64,000 nt of DNA. Source: Ginglymostoma cirratum. Lineage: Eukaryota. The stretch covers positions 1-64,000 of the forward strand of contig JAHRHZ010000143.1 of the NCBI GenBank assembly GCA_024137785.1, given 5' to 3'. Shown here in pieces: positions 39,521-53,560 of the stretch. A model generated the notes under the pieces. That model worked only from the letters and a program-made list of their open reading frames with translations. It did not search any database and was not told the DNA's origin. Position numbers and translations under genes: made by a program. The number at the start of each line of letters is the position of its first letter. Positions within the stretch are counted from its first letter, which is position 1.

Positions 39521-40656
39521 TGCTGCGGCTGGATCCATTGGTAACGATTCCAATCACCCTGTGAAAGGGATATCAGAAACGGAACAGTTCCTTAGTAATG
39601 AGAGCAGTCAGTATTTGCATCACACGCAAATGACAGCTTACCACAGTAGGCCATGGAGGACTCTGACAAGAAGGGCCATGGGATGCCCATACATGGAACC
39701 TTAGCTTGTAAACTTTATTCCAATGTATGCAACATGAGCCATGTCTCACAAGTACCTAAGTGATTGCAAGCCTGGTAGTATTACTGAAACAATCTTCCCC
39801 CATCCCCTACATAACACAAGAAAGGCAGAATTGTATTTAATAGCATGTTACTGAATACATACGGTTCAAGGTAAGAAGAAATCAGCTCCATGACCTTGTG
39901 CAGCTTATGAGCTCTGAGAATATCTTTGTGAATTGTAGCCCACAGTTGATACTTTAAAGATTGACTGATTGCTTCTGCTGCACAGAGATAATTAGGATTA
40001 AATGTGATGGTGGCTTGTGGCCGTGATCAATATTCAATGTAGTTGGTCATTGCAAATCGTTCACTTCCCAACCAGAATTCTATGATTAAACATGCCTTTA
40101 ACTTGTACTGTGTAAGTGCCTGATCAATGCAATTGTCCTTTGAAAGGTCTCATGTTGCTCACAAATACAGTCCAAGTCTTCAGGCAGAGAAAAACTCTTA
40201 GTCCACCCACTCTGGGTGTAACAGCAGCCATTTCTCATTTCCATTGTATAACTGCAATTCAACTGAGGATTGAAGGTAACGCAGGTAGTGCCACACGGTG
40301 TGACTCACAAGTTCAGCCTATCAATCTAGATATTGCTCCCAAAAGCTAATGTTGCTTTCTTCCTTGTACCTGTCATCACATCAGGTTTGAGTTTCCATAC
40401 ATTTCCACCTAAGTCTTTGATTTAACTCTTCATCTTCCAACATTATCACCTGAACTCCAGGCCTCCAATTCTTACAACTGACTTCCCCAACTTCAGTGAA
40501 TAGAAAGCAGGATTGACCATGGAGTATGCCCTGAGATTCTGAGAAATGTTGAGGTGGATGGAGGCCTGGAGAAGCAAGTGTCAAGCTAGATATGCCATGT
40601 ACCCATTCTGCCTTTTGTATTGGGAACTGTCACCATCCAATTTTTTTTTTTGCTTA

Positions 40657-40962
40657 TATAGAATCCCTACAATGTGGAAACAGGCCCTTCGGCCCAACAA
40701 GTCCACACTGACACACAGAGCATCCCACCCAGACCTATCCCCCTAATCTACACATCCCTGAACACTATGGGCAGTTTAGCATGGCCAATCCACCTAGCCT
40801 GCACATCTTTGGATTGTGGGAGGTAACCAGAGCACCTGGCGGAAACCCAAGCAGACGCAGGGAGAATGTGCAAACTCCACATAGACAATCGCCCAAGAGT
40901 GGAATCAAACCCAGGTCCCTGGCACTGTGAGGCAGCAGTGTTAACCACTGAACCACCATGCC
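40657..40962 (-). mobile_element. HE1-type V-SINE
   Basis: Reverse-complement homolog of 5141-5459. Confidence 0.9.
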
Positions 40963-42079
40963 AGTTCCAGAAAAAAACTGGGAAAATAACACCTTGCATA
41001 TACGACTGTCCTTTAGGGAAGGACACTGTCATTTCTTACCTAGCCTGGCCTACATGTGACTCCAGACCCAGAGCAATGTGGTTGACCCTTAACTGCCCTG
41101 TGGACAACTAGGGATGGACAATAAATGCTGGCCTAGCCAGCGACGCCCACAACCTGTGAATGATTTTTTTTTAAATGAGATGAGAATAGGTAATAATGTG
41201 ATGCTAAAGCATGAAAATATCCCTTTAGTACTCATGAACAAGATACTCATCTTGATATTAGGTGGAAAATCAATTTTTTGAATAGCGAGAATCTCATTTT
41301 TGCAATCTCGCAATATTTTTCCAACTGACTTGACACTGTCTGCATTGGTCTGGGTTGGGGAAATTCTGCCTCTAGTCTGGAGCTGCCTGAACAGCAGGGT
41401 GATTCTCCCATTGAGGGTAATTTCATCATCAACTAAATAAGACAACATGCCAGAGATCATTATACTGACAGCAACTTCCAAAAATAAAATTTGGTAGCAT
41501 TATTGTTTGCCACCTGGTGAGTTTTTACCAGCTCATTAGTATTTTGAAACTGCAACTAACAGTTTTAGGTCACAATATTGCACCTGTTTTAGTCTAAATG
41601 CTTTATGTCATATTTTAATGTTTCATGGAATTTCATTGCCAGTTCAAATGCAGTCAGCAACAATATTAAAAACCAAGCTGGGCTGGTGTAAAAAGCAGTG
41701 TATTAGTCATACACTACTTTTCTGCTAGCAGGTAAAACAATTTTATCATTTTCATTTATCTAATGTTTTATCACTAAATTGGCCTTTCATACAGAGATAG
41801 TTTTAAATAAGTTAGAAAATTTGTCTTGAAGGCATGGAAAACACAACTGTAAAATTTAAAATATTCTTTGCTAACTTGCAGAAATTTTTCATTGATTATG
41901 AAATTCTGCTGCAGAAGGGAGCAAGCCATTATATTAGTGATAACTTTCCATCCTAAGCCTCTGAATAACATGCATTCAATATTTAATGAACTGAATTCAA
42001 ATTCCCAAGGTGCTGGTATTTGAACTCATGTTTCCAGAACTACAATCTTAAGCATTCATGCCTTAACCACCAACAAACT

Positions 42080-42440
42080 GTAGCAGCAATGTGTACCAGC
42101 AAATACTGCAGCAACTCACCAAGTTCCCCTGACAGTGTTTTCTAAGCTCATAAACTCCACAACATTGAAGGACCAGGGCAGCAGATGCAGGAGAATACTT
42201 CCACCTGCAAACTCCCTTTCAAAGGTACACATCATTCTGATTAGGAACTGTCTCACAGTTCCTTCACTGCACCTGGGTCAAAGTCCTGGAAGTCTCTTCC
42301 TAACAGCACTGTGAGTGTACCTACACTACATAGACTGCAGCCTTAAGAAGGTAGCTGACCACCACCTTCTAAAGTGTAATTAAGGATAGGCAATAAACGC
42401 TGGCCTTGTTAGCGGTGCCCACACCCAAGAAAGAACAAAA
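42080..42440 (+). mobile_element. 3' end of the same LINE family
   Basis: Similar to 18020-18220 and 18400-18470; ends in the ggcaataaacgctggcc tail. Confidence 0.65.
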
Positions 42441-43369
42441 ATGAAATTCTACATCTATTAGCTTGTTAGCCATCCTTCCATTGCTTCACAATGTTCTTCA
42501 AAACAAATATAAGTGTTGAAAAGCAACAATCAACAGAAGAAGAAAGCTGCGTGGGTAGTCGTGGGAAAGAGACACTCAATCACCCTGACATATTTCAATC
42601 TTTAAGAATAAACATAGCTTCAGACCTTTAATGAGATTTGTAGTTTGCCTTCATGATCACAAATCTCACTCTTAACCTGGGAGTGTAGGAGGAAAGCGTG
42701 TAAATTTGTCTCATCCCCATCACAACTGGAGAAGGATTTTCAAACTAGCACTAGCTCATCACCATTTAGCACTTACAGAAAGGAACTGGAACAGGTTACA
42801 ATGTCTATGCACTTGATTTCTGTTCAGAAGCATGGATAATGGGAAGGAAAGAGCCAATGATGAGATTGAAAGGGACTAAATTAGTCATATTTTGTAACAT
42901 ATCAGGGCACTTTTCAGAATTAACACCATCAGTTATATTCTTGCTGCTGACTCTTCTTTCTGTACGATTCTCTGTCAATATTTATCAGTAGTTGCGTATC
43001 TGCACATGTACCTTCTCCTTCCTTCTTTGTTTTTATGTTTCTCTTTCTTACTAACTACATTTCCCTAGTAAATTCTTGGTCTTTGCAGCAAATGTCTCTC
43101 TGTCAGTCTCTATCAGTCTCTTTATCTGTAGGTCTTACTCTCTCTGTGACTGTGTAAACTTCTAACTACATATATCTTGCCTGCTTCTCTCTTTGCTATT
43201 ACATTAATCTCACTCTCTGCATATTTCCGTTTTAACTATTTCAGGATCATTCTGCAATGCAAAGATAACCTTTGGCTTCTGTTCTCAATTACAATCTGCT
43301 TTTTAGAACATATGTACCTTGCCCAACAGGCTGAACTCCAACAGTAAGTGCAATGACCTCATGGACTTG

Positions 43370-44820
43370 TCATTGGGACCAGCTATGGATGTAGTGTCTT
43401 TAGATGTCCCAAAAGCATTTGACAGTGTCACATGAAAGATTACTTGACAAATAAGAAATAAGACAAGGTTGTGTGTGTGTGTGCGCGCGCGGTAGGCAAG
43501 TAAACATATTAGTATGGATGGAGGACTGGTTAGCTGACAGGAAATAGAGCGTCGACATAACGGAGTCATTTTCTAATAGTAAAGAGGTAACAAGTAGAGT
43601 CCAAAAAAATCATCAATTAAGCATCGACTATTAAAATATCCACAACTTAAACATTAACCAAACCTATAACAAACATATAAAGAGTAGTATCAGGATGCTT
43701 GTGGCACAGTGGTAGCGTCCCTGCCTCTGGATGAGAAGGCATGGGTTCAAGTCCAACTGCTCCACAGATGAGTCAGAGTAGGGGGGAGGCAATGGCCAAG
43801 TGATATTATTACTAGACTATTAATCCAGAGATTCCAGTAATGATTTTGAGAATCTGGGTTCAAATCCCATCATGGCAGATGGTGGAATTTGGATTCAATT
43901 AAAAATCTGGAATAAACAGTCTCAGGATGACCAATGTTGATAGTCAGGAAAAACCCAATTGGTTTACGAATGAGAAGGCAACAGCCGTTCTTACCTGATC
44001 TGGCGTACCTTTGATTCCAGACCCACAGCAATATGGTTGACTCTTAACTGCCCTCTGAATGTGAGCAATAAATGCTGGTCTACCAAAAAATGCCCACATC
44101 CAATGAATAAATTTAAAAAAGGTTGGATTTAAACATTTCTATGAGTAGTCTAAAGGCCCTTGTGGAACAGTGGTAGTGTCCCTAATTGCTATCTGGGACT
44201 CTGCCGAAAATGGAGGTGGAGGTGGTAAGTTGTGAAGATGATCTGAAAAGGTATATAGAAATTTTAAGTGAGTGGGCCAAGATTTGACAATGAAGTACAA
44301 TGTTAGATAATGTGAACATGGTCCATTTTGGGAAGAAGAATAGGAAAACAAGGTATTATTTAAATTGAGTTAGATTGCAGAAGACTGAGGTACACAGAGA
44401 TCCAGGCATCCTACTAACTGCTATATGCAGGAATGGCAAATAACTAGAAAGGCAAATAGAATGTTGATATTATTGCAAGGATAATAGAATATGAAAGTAG
44501 GGGGGTTTTGCTGCAGTGTACAGGATATTGATAAGATCACATTTAGGGTACTGCATACAGTTTTGGTCTCCTTATTTAAGAAAGGACATAACTGCATTTG
44601 ATGCAGTTCAGAGAAGGTTCACTCAACTGATTCCTGGGTTGAGGAGATTAATATATTAGGAAAGGATGGACAAGTTGGACCCATATCCATGTGAGTGAAT
44701 GAGAGGTGACCTTATTGAAAAATATAAGCTCCTGAGGGGATGTAACAATGTGGGAAAATGAACAGATGTTTCCCCTGTGAAAGAGACTTGAAATTGAGTG
44801 ACACGGTTTGAAAACATCAT
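43370..44820 (+). mobile_element. CR1 LINE fragments with nested SINEs
   Basis: DVVSLDVPKAFDSVT and YCIQFWSPYLRKD...AVQRRFT motifs. Confidence 0.78.
43783..44115 (+). mobile_element. tRNA-derived SINE, second family
   Basis: Colinear with 6468-6826; sits next to another tRNA-like head (43698-43770) inside CR1. Confidence 0.85.
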
Positions 44821-45889
44821 GCCAACTCATTCCAATGTAATGTTCCACATTCCACCCTTTCCTCCTTCAACTAATTTGCCAACTTACTGAATATTCACCT
44901 GTTTACCTGCACACAGGAGGAAAACTATGGATCTATTTCTTATGCAAACTACTGAGAAACTGTTTATTTATACATAAAAGCACATCTTGACAGTTCTCGA
45001 CGCTTTGACAGTTCCAAGGGGGTGATGTACCTTTCAGGCACAAGAGGCTCTACTGTTAATAATCCTGAAGGATAAATGACTTTAGGGTACCTGACTTTCA
45101 CGCTGATTCACAATATATCCCAGGATCATCATCAATAGGAATGCCATATTCCTCCAAAGGGATCTCCTGTTTATCCAAATTAGTCCACCAAGTTCAGACC
45201 TGCCCTTAGCACATTTAATGTGCACACTGTGTTCCACACTGCAGGGATTCCAAATTCCCATTTCAATGGAGGTAGCTGATAAGTTAAATGGCTGCCCCCG
45301 TAAAATGTGCATGCACACTGACTCACACTCCAGTGAAAATGGGAAGCAATGTTTTTGGGGTGTGACTTGCTATTTGAACCCAGCAATTTCCTATTTAAGA
45401 TGGAGATGAGGAGACTTGTCCTCTCTGTGTTCATTTTGTCCTGCTCCCTTCATTTTATTTCCTACCAAAGTGCAGATCATTCAACTTCCCTTCCTCGCCC
45501 ACCTGCTAGAAAATATTGCCAAAATTTCCATTTCCTCCAGTGCATTTCCTATCACTTTCAAGTCAGCCAGCATAACCCCTCACAAGAAAACTACTCCTGA
45601 AAAATCTGAGCTTGCAAACTACTTTTTTAAAAAAAATATACTTTACCCTTAAAAAAACTTTATATGCATACATAGTCACTGAAGCAGTTCAGTTTTGTAC
45701 AGCAGCATATGAAGTAACCAACAAACATTGGAGTTTGAGTCTATCCAACAAACGAACCAAAGTCATTTCCTTCTTGTACAAGAATATATTTACATATATT
45801 CGAGGCACAGGGAAATGTGTGTGTTTGTGTACGTCCAATAACTGAACGCATTCCCATTTAACTTTGGTAGAAAGACCTTAGACGGTGTT

Positions 45890-46140
45890 CTTTCCACACT
45901 GTGCCTTGGTGGCAGTTGTCCCAAGCTTTAGCGCGTTCGTCAGCACATAGTCCTCAACCTGGGAATGGGCCAGCCTGCAACACTTGATCAAGGTTAATTC
46001 CTTGTTCTGGAAGACCAGCATGTATCAGGCAGACCAGAGAGCATCATTCACCAAGTTGATAGTTCTCCAGGTGCAGTCAATATTTGTTTAAGTATACATC
46101 CATAGAGCAGATAGTAGAGCACAGAGTCCTGTGGCACACA
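45890..46140 (-). mobile_element. Tx1-like LINE fragment
   Basis: Reverse-complement similarity to 30230-30480. Confidence 0.6.
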
Positions 46141-46452
46141 GCTGCTTGGAACTTTCACTCCTAACAAACATCCCTTTCCTCTGAAATCCATGACTGACCA
46201 CTTCTAATCAGGTTTCTGCCCTTGCCATTCCATCAGCAGTACACTGCCTATGACTGTGTTCATGGTAAACCATGCCACCGCATCATTCTTGATTTGGCTG
46301 TTGCCTTTGGCATGAATAATTATACCATCTTCTCCAATGCCTTTCCTCCTTCATTCAGATGAATGAAATTGCCCACAACTATTTCCATATTTATTTCTCA
46401 AATCACAGTCAGCGAATCACCTACCATTACTTGTCTCTTATGTACCACTACT

Positions 46453-47493
46453 CTATTGTTTTGGAGTAGATCTGTAGCTCGGGTTGTGGGTGTTGAGGTT
46501 GGTTGGCTCGCTGAGCTGGTTTGTTGTTTCGCAGACGTTTCATTACCGTGCTGTGTAACATCCTCAGTGCAGCCTCTGGTGAAGCGTCGGTGTGTTTTCC
46601 CGCCTGGTTTTTAAACTCTGGGGTCCGTTGAGATGGATTGCCTCACTTCCGGGTTTCCTCCCTAGTGGAATGTATATGGGGTCAAGTTCAATGTGTTTAT
46701 TAATAGCATGCTTCGTGGAGTGCCATGCTTCCAGGAATTCTCGTGCCTGTCTCTGCCTAGCCTGTCCCAGGATCTTGGTGTTGTCCCAGTCGAAGTCGTG
46801 GTTCTCCTTGTCCATGTGGATTGAGATGAGTGAGTATTGGCCGTGTCCTTTTGTAGCCAGTCGGTGTTCATGTACTCGTGTTGTTAGTTTCCTTCCTGTT
46901 TGTCTGATGTAGTGTTTCTCGCAGTCTCTGCAGGGGATCTTGTAGATGACATTGGTCCTGTCCATGGCAGGGAGTGGGTCTTTAGCTCGGGTTAGCACTT
47001 GTCGTAGGGTTGACGTGGGCTTGTGTGCCACTCTGATGCCCAGCAGTCGTGGGAGTCTTGTGGTGAGTTCCGACAAGTTCCTGATGTAGGGTAGTGTGAT
47101 GAGTGTGTCGGTGCGTGTAGAATCTTTCTGATGCTGTTCCTGTAGGCATCTCCTGACCCAGTTCTTTGGATATCCATTATCCTTGAAAACCTGGAAGAGG
47201 TATTCTTCTTCCTCTTGGCATAGTTACCATAGTACAGTGTGCTGTTGCCCTTTTAAATAGTGTTCGCACGCAGCTTCGTTTGTGACTACTGGGATGGTTA
47301 CTATTGAAGTTCAGTACCTGGTTTGTGTGTGTGGCTTTAAGGTGTACTTTCGTTTGCAGTTCCCCATTTGTCTTGCGCTCTACCATGTCGTCCAGGAATG
47401 GGAGCTTTTTGTTCTTCTCTTCTTCTCTGTTGAATTTTATTCTGGTGAGGGTGTTGTTTATAAGTTTGTGTGTCTCCTCTAATTTGGTCCATT
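46453..47493 (-). mobile_element. Penelope-like element (Penelope/Poseidon-type), 5'-truncated
   Basis: ORFs 47177-47542 (RT: IKFNREEEKNKKLPFLD...KATHTNQVLNFNSNHP) and 46564-47076 (GIY-YIG: NVIYKIPCRDCEKHYIRQTGRKL). Flanking direct repeat taccactact at 46443-46452 and 47494-47503. Confidence 0.92.
46530..46571 (-). ncRNA. Minimal type I hammerhead ribozyme motif (intact core)
   Basis: Minus strand UGCA-CUGAGGA-U-GUUAC-acagcacg-GUAAU-GAAA-CGUC-UGCG: 4-bp stem I, 5-bp stem II, GUC site. Confidence 0.82.
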
Positions 47494-47579
47494 TACCACT
47501 ACTTCTGGAGCTCCTCAAGGTGCAGCATTGGCTCCTACCCATTTCAAATCTACATGCATGCCCTTGACAGCATCATCAA

Positions 47580-48650
47580 ATAACACTGTGCCAGGTTCCA
47601 CATGTATATTGACAATATTCGTCTTTAATTTGCTACCACCTTCCTTACCCTTCCACTGACTCTGATTTGTCAGACTGCTTATTGGATCTAGGTTCCTGGA
47701 TGAGCTTAAATTTTCTCCAGGTATTGAGATGACCAGTCATTAACTTCAATCTCCTTGCAGACTATGATCACTAAACACTAACTCCAACCTTCCCTCTGTC
47801 ATTACCAAAGGTTAATCTAGATCATTTGCTACCTTGGAGTCATATTTGATCCCAAGAAGATCTTCCAACTATATATCAATTCAATAATCTACATAGCTTA
47901 CTTCCACCTCTGTAACATCACCCATCTCCATCCTACTTTAGCTTATCTAATGCTGAAACCTGCATTCATGCCTTTCTTACCACTGCACTTAATTAGTCTC
48001 ATGTTGTCATGGATGGCCTCCCATCTTCCACAAACTTGACGTCATCTAAAGCTACCCATCTCCCAACTCACACTTAGCCCCGTTCACCCATTCACACTGT
48101 GTTTGCTGACAACATTCCCTTGAATTTTCTTGCTGGCTGCAATGGCCTCTGAGGCCCATTCATGGCAGTGACTCCCAGGACCAGAAGTTAATGCCGCGAT
48201 TGCTGTGCCAACACTGATTGCCATGCACAGAGCTTTGGGGTGGCTGCATGCTTGCTGGCTGACTTACATTGGTTTCAGCTCCAGTAATGCCTCAATTTTA
48301 AAATCTCTCCAGGGCCTCGCCCTTCCTATCGCTAAGACCTCCTCCAAGCCTTTGAGATCTCCGTAGTCTTGTAGATCTCTCATCTTATTCAGTCCACCCT
48401 TGGCACCAATGCCTTCAGCTGCCGAGGATCTTAACTCTGGAATTCATTTCCTGAATCTCTCCAGCTCCCCATCTCTCTTCTTGAAGACCTTCCTTAAAAC
48501 TTACTTCTTTGACCAAACTTTAGGTTAGCTGTCCTAATCTGTTTTCTAATGCCTCAGTATCAGGCTTTGTATGATTCTCACTCAAATGTAACGTCTGGAA
48601 ATGTTTTTCTATGTTTAATCATTATAAAAATAAGAGTTATTGTTGTCGCT
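47580..48650 (+). mobile_element. L2 LINE 3' remnant
   Basis: AYFHLCNI...AETCIHAFLT type frames and ccttaaaacttacttctttgaccaa tail. Confidence 0.65.
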
Positions 48651-50169
48651 CTCTATATTTTGATCTTTTTGTTCCTCAGACCACAATCTTATCTGGGAAA
48701 TGGGATCAGAGCTGTTGGATCCAATATCAAGTGGGAAACCTGGAAAAGTTAAGCATATTTGTCAGTGTCTTTCAATGAAGCCACTGATAGAACACATGAG
48801 ATTAACAAGCCAAGCTATTTAAGGTGATCCTTTCATATTAAAAAGTTGGGTTATTGAAGGGTTTTTAAATCATGGAAATGATCAGTGGGCAACTCATCAA
48901 AAGATGGCTGCATGCCACATGTAAGAACACTCCTGTGACCACAGCAGAACTGTTTAAGTAAATCAAGGTGGAAGGTAATACCTTTTGTAAAGGCTACAAT
49001 AATGGATGCCTCACAGGAGCCATTAACGATCAAGGATGCCATATGTATCCAGTACAAAGTGTGTCCCCTTATGTTGCCACAGCTGCATCTAATAATTGCC
49101 TCGAAGGTCAAAATAAATGATGTAAAAGGTCAGAAGATTGAAACCTTAGGTGACATCTCTGTAATTTGAAAATGGGTTTTGTATATTAGCTAATGATTGG
49201 TTTGGTAAGTCGTAATAGTTTTTGAGTTATAATAGGAGATTTTAAAAATGGAGATTGTGTGACCTACAATTATATAATTGTTATCTACACCTACGTTTTC
49301 CATGTAAGACTTTGTAAGTTGGTGAATAATAAATAGTGCACTTGGAAATGTTGATTGTTTAACATCTTTTGTAACAACTCCATACATTAGGAAAAGTCAG
49401 ATCAAGATCAACTACCTCATCATTATTTTACTTCCATGTTTGCCATTCAATTAACAGCAGGGGCGCAATATTGCCAAATGAGATGATTGACTCTTTTAAT
49501 AAACATAAAACAAGTTAGTCAGCCCCTGGTGGGGTAATGAAACTAAAATCTAAACTAATCTAAAACAAAACTAAAATGGTCAAAGGAAACTTACATAACT
49601 GCAACACAAATCTATCAAACTAAATTGAAATGTCATCTTCAGGAGTGATGATGCACCCAAATCCTTTATGGAGACGAGTCCCTGAAAGCCCACAACATAT
49701 TCTAACCTCAAGTATTTAAAAGTACAATCTAAAGGTGTCAATTGAGGATATTAGAGCTGGGAAGAAATGAACAAAGTGAAAGACAAAAAGCAGAAATGAA
49801 ATGGCTACAACCCGTTTTAAAGATGGCTCACTAAATGTGCTGCATAGAGCTGTGAGCGGCCCAAAGGATAAACTATATCTCAGTGATGGAAGCAAGCCTA
49901 AAGGAAAGATCAAGAAGATGTAGTTGGAGGTGGCTAAGAATGTAGGCAGCAGTAGTGGAGTATCATGATCCTATATGCACTCCACGAAGGGACTTGAATG
50001 GCCCAGCCGTGACAAATTTGAAGACTTTATGACTATAACTCAATGTACCTACACCCTGCTGTAAACACCAGCCTGCCTCCCCATTCTACCTTCCTAAGAG
50101 GCCTCACCATACCCACTTGCCTCACAGCAGCATGTTTCCTAGCAACCACCCAGTAATTCTGCTTACAGC

Positions 50170-50500
50170 AACAAAGATATCAGGAAGGTTGGTCTGCCAC
50201 GGGACGAAAGCATCATAGCAATTGGCCAGAAATCTTATATAATGATCTTTTTGCAGTTACATACACACTAACGGATTTTTCAAACATTCCTGGATGACCC
50301 ATAGGTGTCCTAACTCCTTGTGTATACAATTGGTGATGCCCCTGCACCTGTGGGAATCCAGCCAGAGCTGCAAACACAAGTGTCCACTCATTCTGACTGG
50401 CACTGTCACAGGCAAAATTGATATAATTGGTGGTTCAGGAGAAATAGACCTTTATGATGCATTCATGGTCCATCAACTGTGAGATTCTGCAAAATATCTC
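50170..50500 (-). mobile_element. PIF/Harbinger transposase remnant
   Basis: Minus strand NYINF...FAALAGFPQVQG, matching the GFPxVxGxIDCTH motif region. Confidence 0.65.
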
Positions 50501-50504
50501 CAGC

Positions 50505-51400
50505 AGACAAAGTGAACATATTTGAAGAATGAGGCTGGAAAATTAATATTGGAGAAATGGCAGAGGACCTGATAAGTATTTTGCATCAGTCCTCATGTAG
50601 GGGATATGAATATCATTCCAAAAGTACAGAATAATTACAGGGCTATCACTAGAGAAAAAGTGCTTGGGAAACTAATGGGATTAAAGGCCAAAAAGTCTCC
50701 TGGACCTGATGGGTTGCACCCTAAGATATTAAAGGAAGTAGCTATAGAGATAGCAGATGAACTGTTGCAATTTTCCAAGAATCCTTAGAATCAGGAAATG
50801 TCTCAGTGGATTGGAAAATTGTCAATGTAGCAACCTTATTCAAAAAAAGGAGACAAGGAACAGGTAACTATAAGCTAATTAGCTTAACATCTGTCATTAG
50901 GAAGATGATAGAGTATATTATAAAGGATGTAATAGCTTAGCATTTTACATTATATAATCAAGCAAAGTCAACACAGCTTTATGAAGAGGAAATCATGTCT
51001 GGTAGACTTAATGCAGTTCTTTGAGGAGATAACAAACAGGATACGTAAAAGGGAATCAGATGTTGTAAAGCATTTGGATTTCCAAAAGGCATTAAATAAG
51101 GTACCATACATAAGGCCATAACCTTTAGGTAAGGGGTCACACATATAAGACAGCAGAGGAGGATTTCTTTTCTCTCAGAGTGTAGTCAGTCAATCTGTTA
51201 TTTCGTGCAGAAGCTGTAGAGACTGGATTGTTGAATGTATGGAAGACTGAGGTACTGATTTGAAATCAGAATAAGGGAATCAAGGGTTAAGGGGCTAAAG
51301 CATGAAAGTAGAGTTGAGGTTAATTAGATCAGCCACAATCTCATTGCATGGCGGAGCAGACTCACTGGGCTGAACTGCCTGCTTCTTCTCTTAAGTCTTC
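50505..51400 (+). mobile_element. CR1 LINE fragment
   Basis: LKAKKSPGPDGLHPKILKE; GNYKLISLTS; LDFQKA. Confidence 0.85.
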
Positions 51401-52439
51401 TGGTTATATGGTAATCAGAGCAATGGCAGGTTCAACCAGCAGTACATCTTCTTCCTGCAGATATCTACTACCACCTGATCTGATGTTGCTCTGAGATATG
51501 AAGAAAGCTGATCATTGACCCATGGGCCGCTTGTGGCCTTCTTGTGGGATGCAGTTTTCTGCTGCCCTTCTCTCTCCACAGGTCTACGCTCAGCAGGTTA
51601 CTACTGGTGCTGTTATGTCGGTCATCTTGGTCCTTATCTGAGATGCAATCTAAAATAGTTTAAAAGTGCCTTCAATGCTGATGTGATAGGTTATTCCTCC
51701 AAAGTAGAGAAGAAACTTCCAAAAGATGGAAGAAGCCAATTGCTTCAGGTGGGTTTGTGGAAGCCTGTGAAACCCATGGCTCACATTAAACCAAATAATA
51801 CTGCAATAAAGTTCTTATAGAGTGATTAGCATGTGGTGTTTGGTAGCTGTTTTATCTGAGGAGGATGAGGACATGCAGATTTATGAACTGGAGTGTGGCC
51901 TAGAATTTGATTGGTTTTCTGATGCATTACCAATTTCACTAGCTTAAGCCCCAAAGAACTATGCTCTGCCATTTTAATATTAAACCCTTTTCCTTTGTCA
52001 CTTGGTGTGGATACCTTACTGTGCATCTCCCTATAATTCTTCCTCTCCATTTTCCTCCATCCTCCTCTTTTTGTACCCCATTTCTTTCTCTCCATATTCC
52101 TTCCATATTTGTACTTCGTATCTCTGTCTCACTGCATTATCTCTCTTTATCCACCTCTCTCATATGCCTCTGTCATTTCTCCCCTCACTTTTCTGACTCT
52201 TTTTCTTTTTCTCCCTCATATCAGGCTCTACATCTCTTCTCTATTGTTTGCTCTCCATAGCTCCCATTTCTGTAGTTCCACTTCTCACTGTTGGTCTTAA
52301 TGACAGCAGTATTCTCTTGGCAAAATGTCTAAAACACAGCCTTACCCACAACTGACATCTTGCTCCAACTAGAGACAAGTACAAGGCCTCAAAACAACAC
52401 TCTTGCTTCAAGCTCTGGCACCTCCTTAACTAGGTCAAT

Positions 52440-53560
52440 CATCCTACTGAGGGACCACAAAGATGTGCGTATTACAATACCATAACGGGAGCCCACAACT
52501 GCTCTTTTCATTCTTCTTTGCTAAAGTGTGCCACTATACATATAGCAAGCTACAACAGTGGAGCTAATCTACACGACAAATGGGAACCTGTTCATCTACC
52601 ACCTGCAGGCCAGATCCAAGGTTGTCTCATCCTCTGTCACTGAACTACAGCTTGCCAAAGATATTTGCATCTATGCACACTCGGAGACCAAGTTCCATGC
52701 TGATCTTCACTGAGACCTGTGAGAATGTAGACTTTACCCTAACTTTAAGACAAAAGTTCTCTTACCAAATTACCCCACCACATTGCACTGCCTTTCAGTA
52801 ATCAAAATCCACAACGAAACCTTACACACTGTGGACCACTTTGCATACCTTGGGAGTCTACTGTCAAGATGGACAGACATTAACAACGAGGTCAACACAA
52901 CATCAGAGAAGAAAGTCTTTGAAGAATATGACTCAAGCCCACCACCAAACGCTTGGTTTGTCTTGCAGTAGTGATACCCACCCTCCTATGTACAGGAGGT
53001 ACCTCAAAACCCTGGAGAAGTACTACCAGCGTTGCCTCCACAAGATCTTACAAATCTATCGACAGAATACATGCAGCAGCATCAGTATTCTCACTCAGGT
53101 CAATATCTCCAACATCAAAGCACTGACCACACTTATCAGCCCCACTAGACTGGCCACATCATCTACATGCCTGGCAGGAGACTTCCAAAACAAACACTAT
53201 TTGAAACTTCAACAGGGCAAGTGAGATCCAAGACAGCAAAGGAAAAACTTCAAGGACACCCTCAAAGCCCCTTTAACAAAGTGCAACATCCCCATTGGCA
53301 CCTGGAAATCTGGCATCCATGACCATCAATGTGGACGGATAGCACCTGGGAAAGGTCTGTTTAGCTCAAGTCTCATTGCTGACAAGCTGAAGTCATGCAT
53401 CAACAGAGAAAAGATTGGGTAGCAAATCCATAAATTCCATCTTCCCATTTCCCCCAACCACCATTTGCTCCAACTGAGACAAAGATTGTAGGGACTCTCC
53501 AGTCACCTGAGAACTTTAATGTGGAAGCATGCTATTGTCGACCACCAGGGAATGCCTGTG
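52440..53560 (+). mobile_element. RTE-clade LINE 3' fragment (decayed)
   Basis: VELIYTTNGNLF...VTELQ...TLHTVDHFAYLGSLLS...LEKYYQRCLHKIL. Confidence 0.82.
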
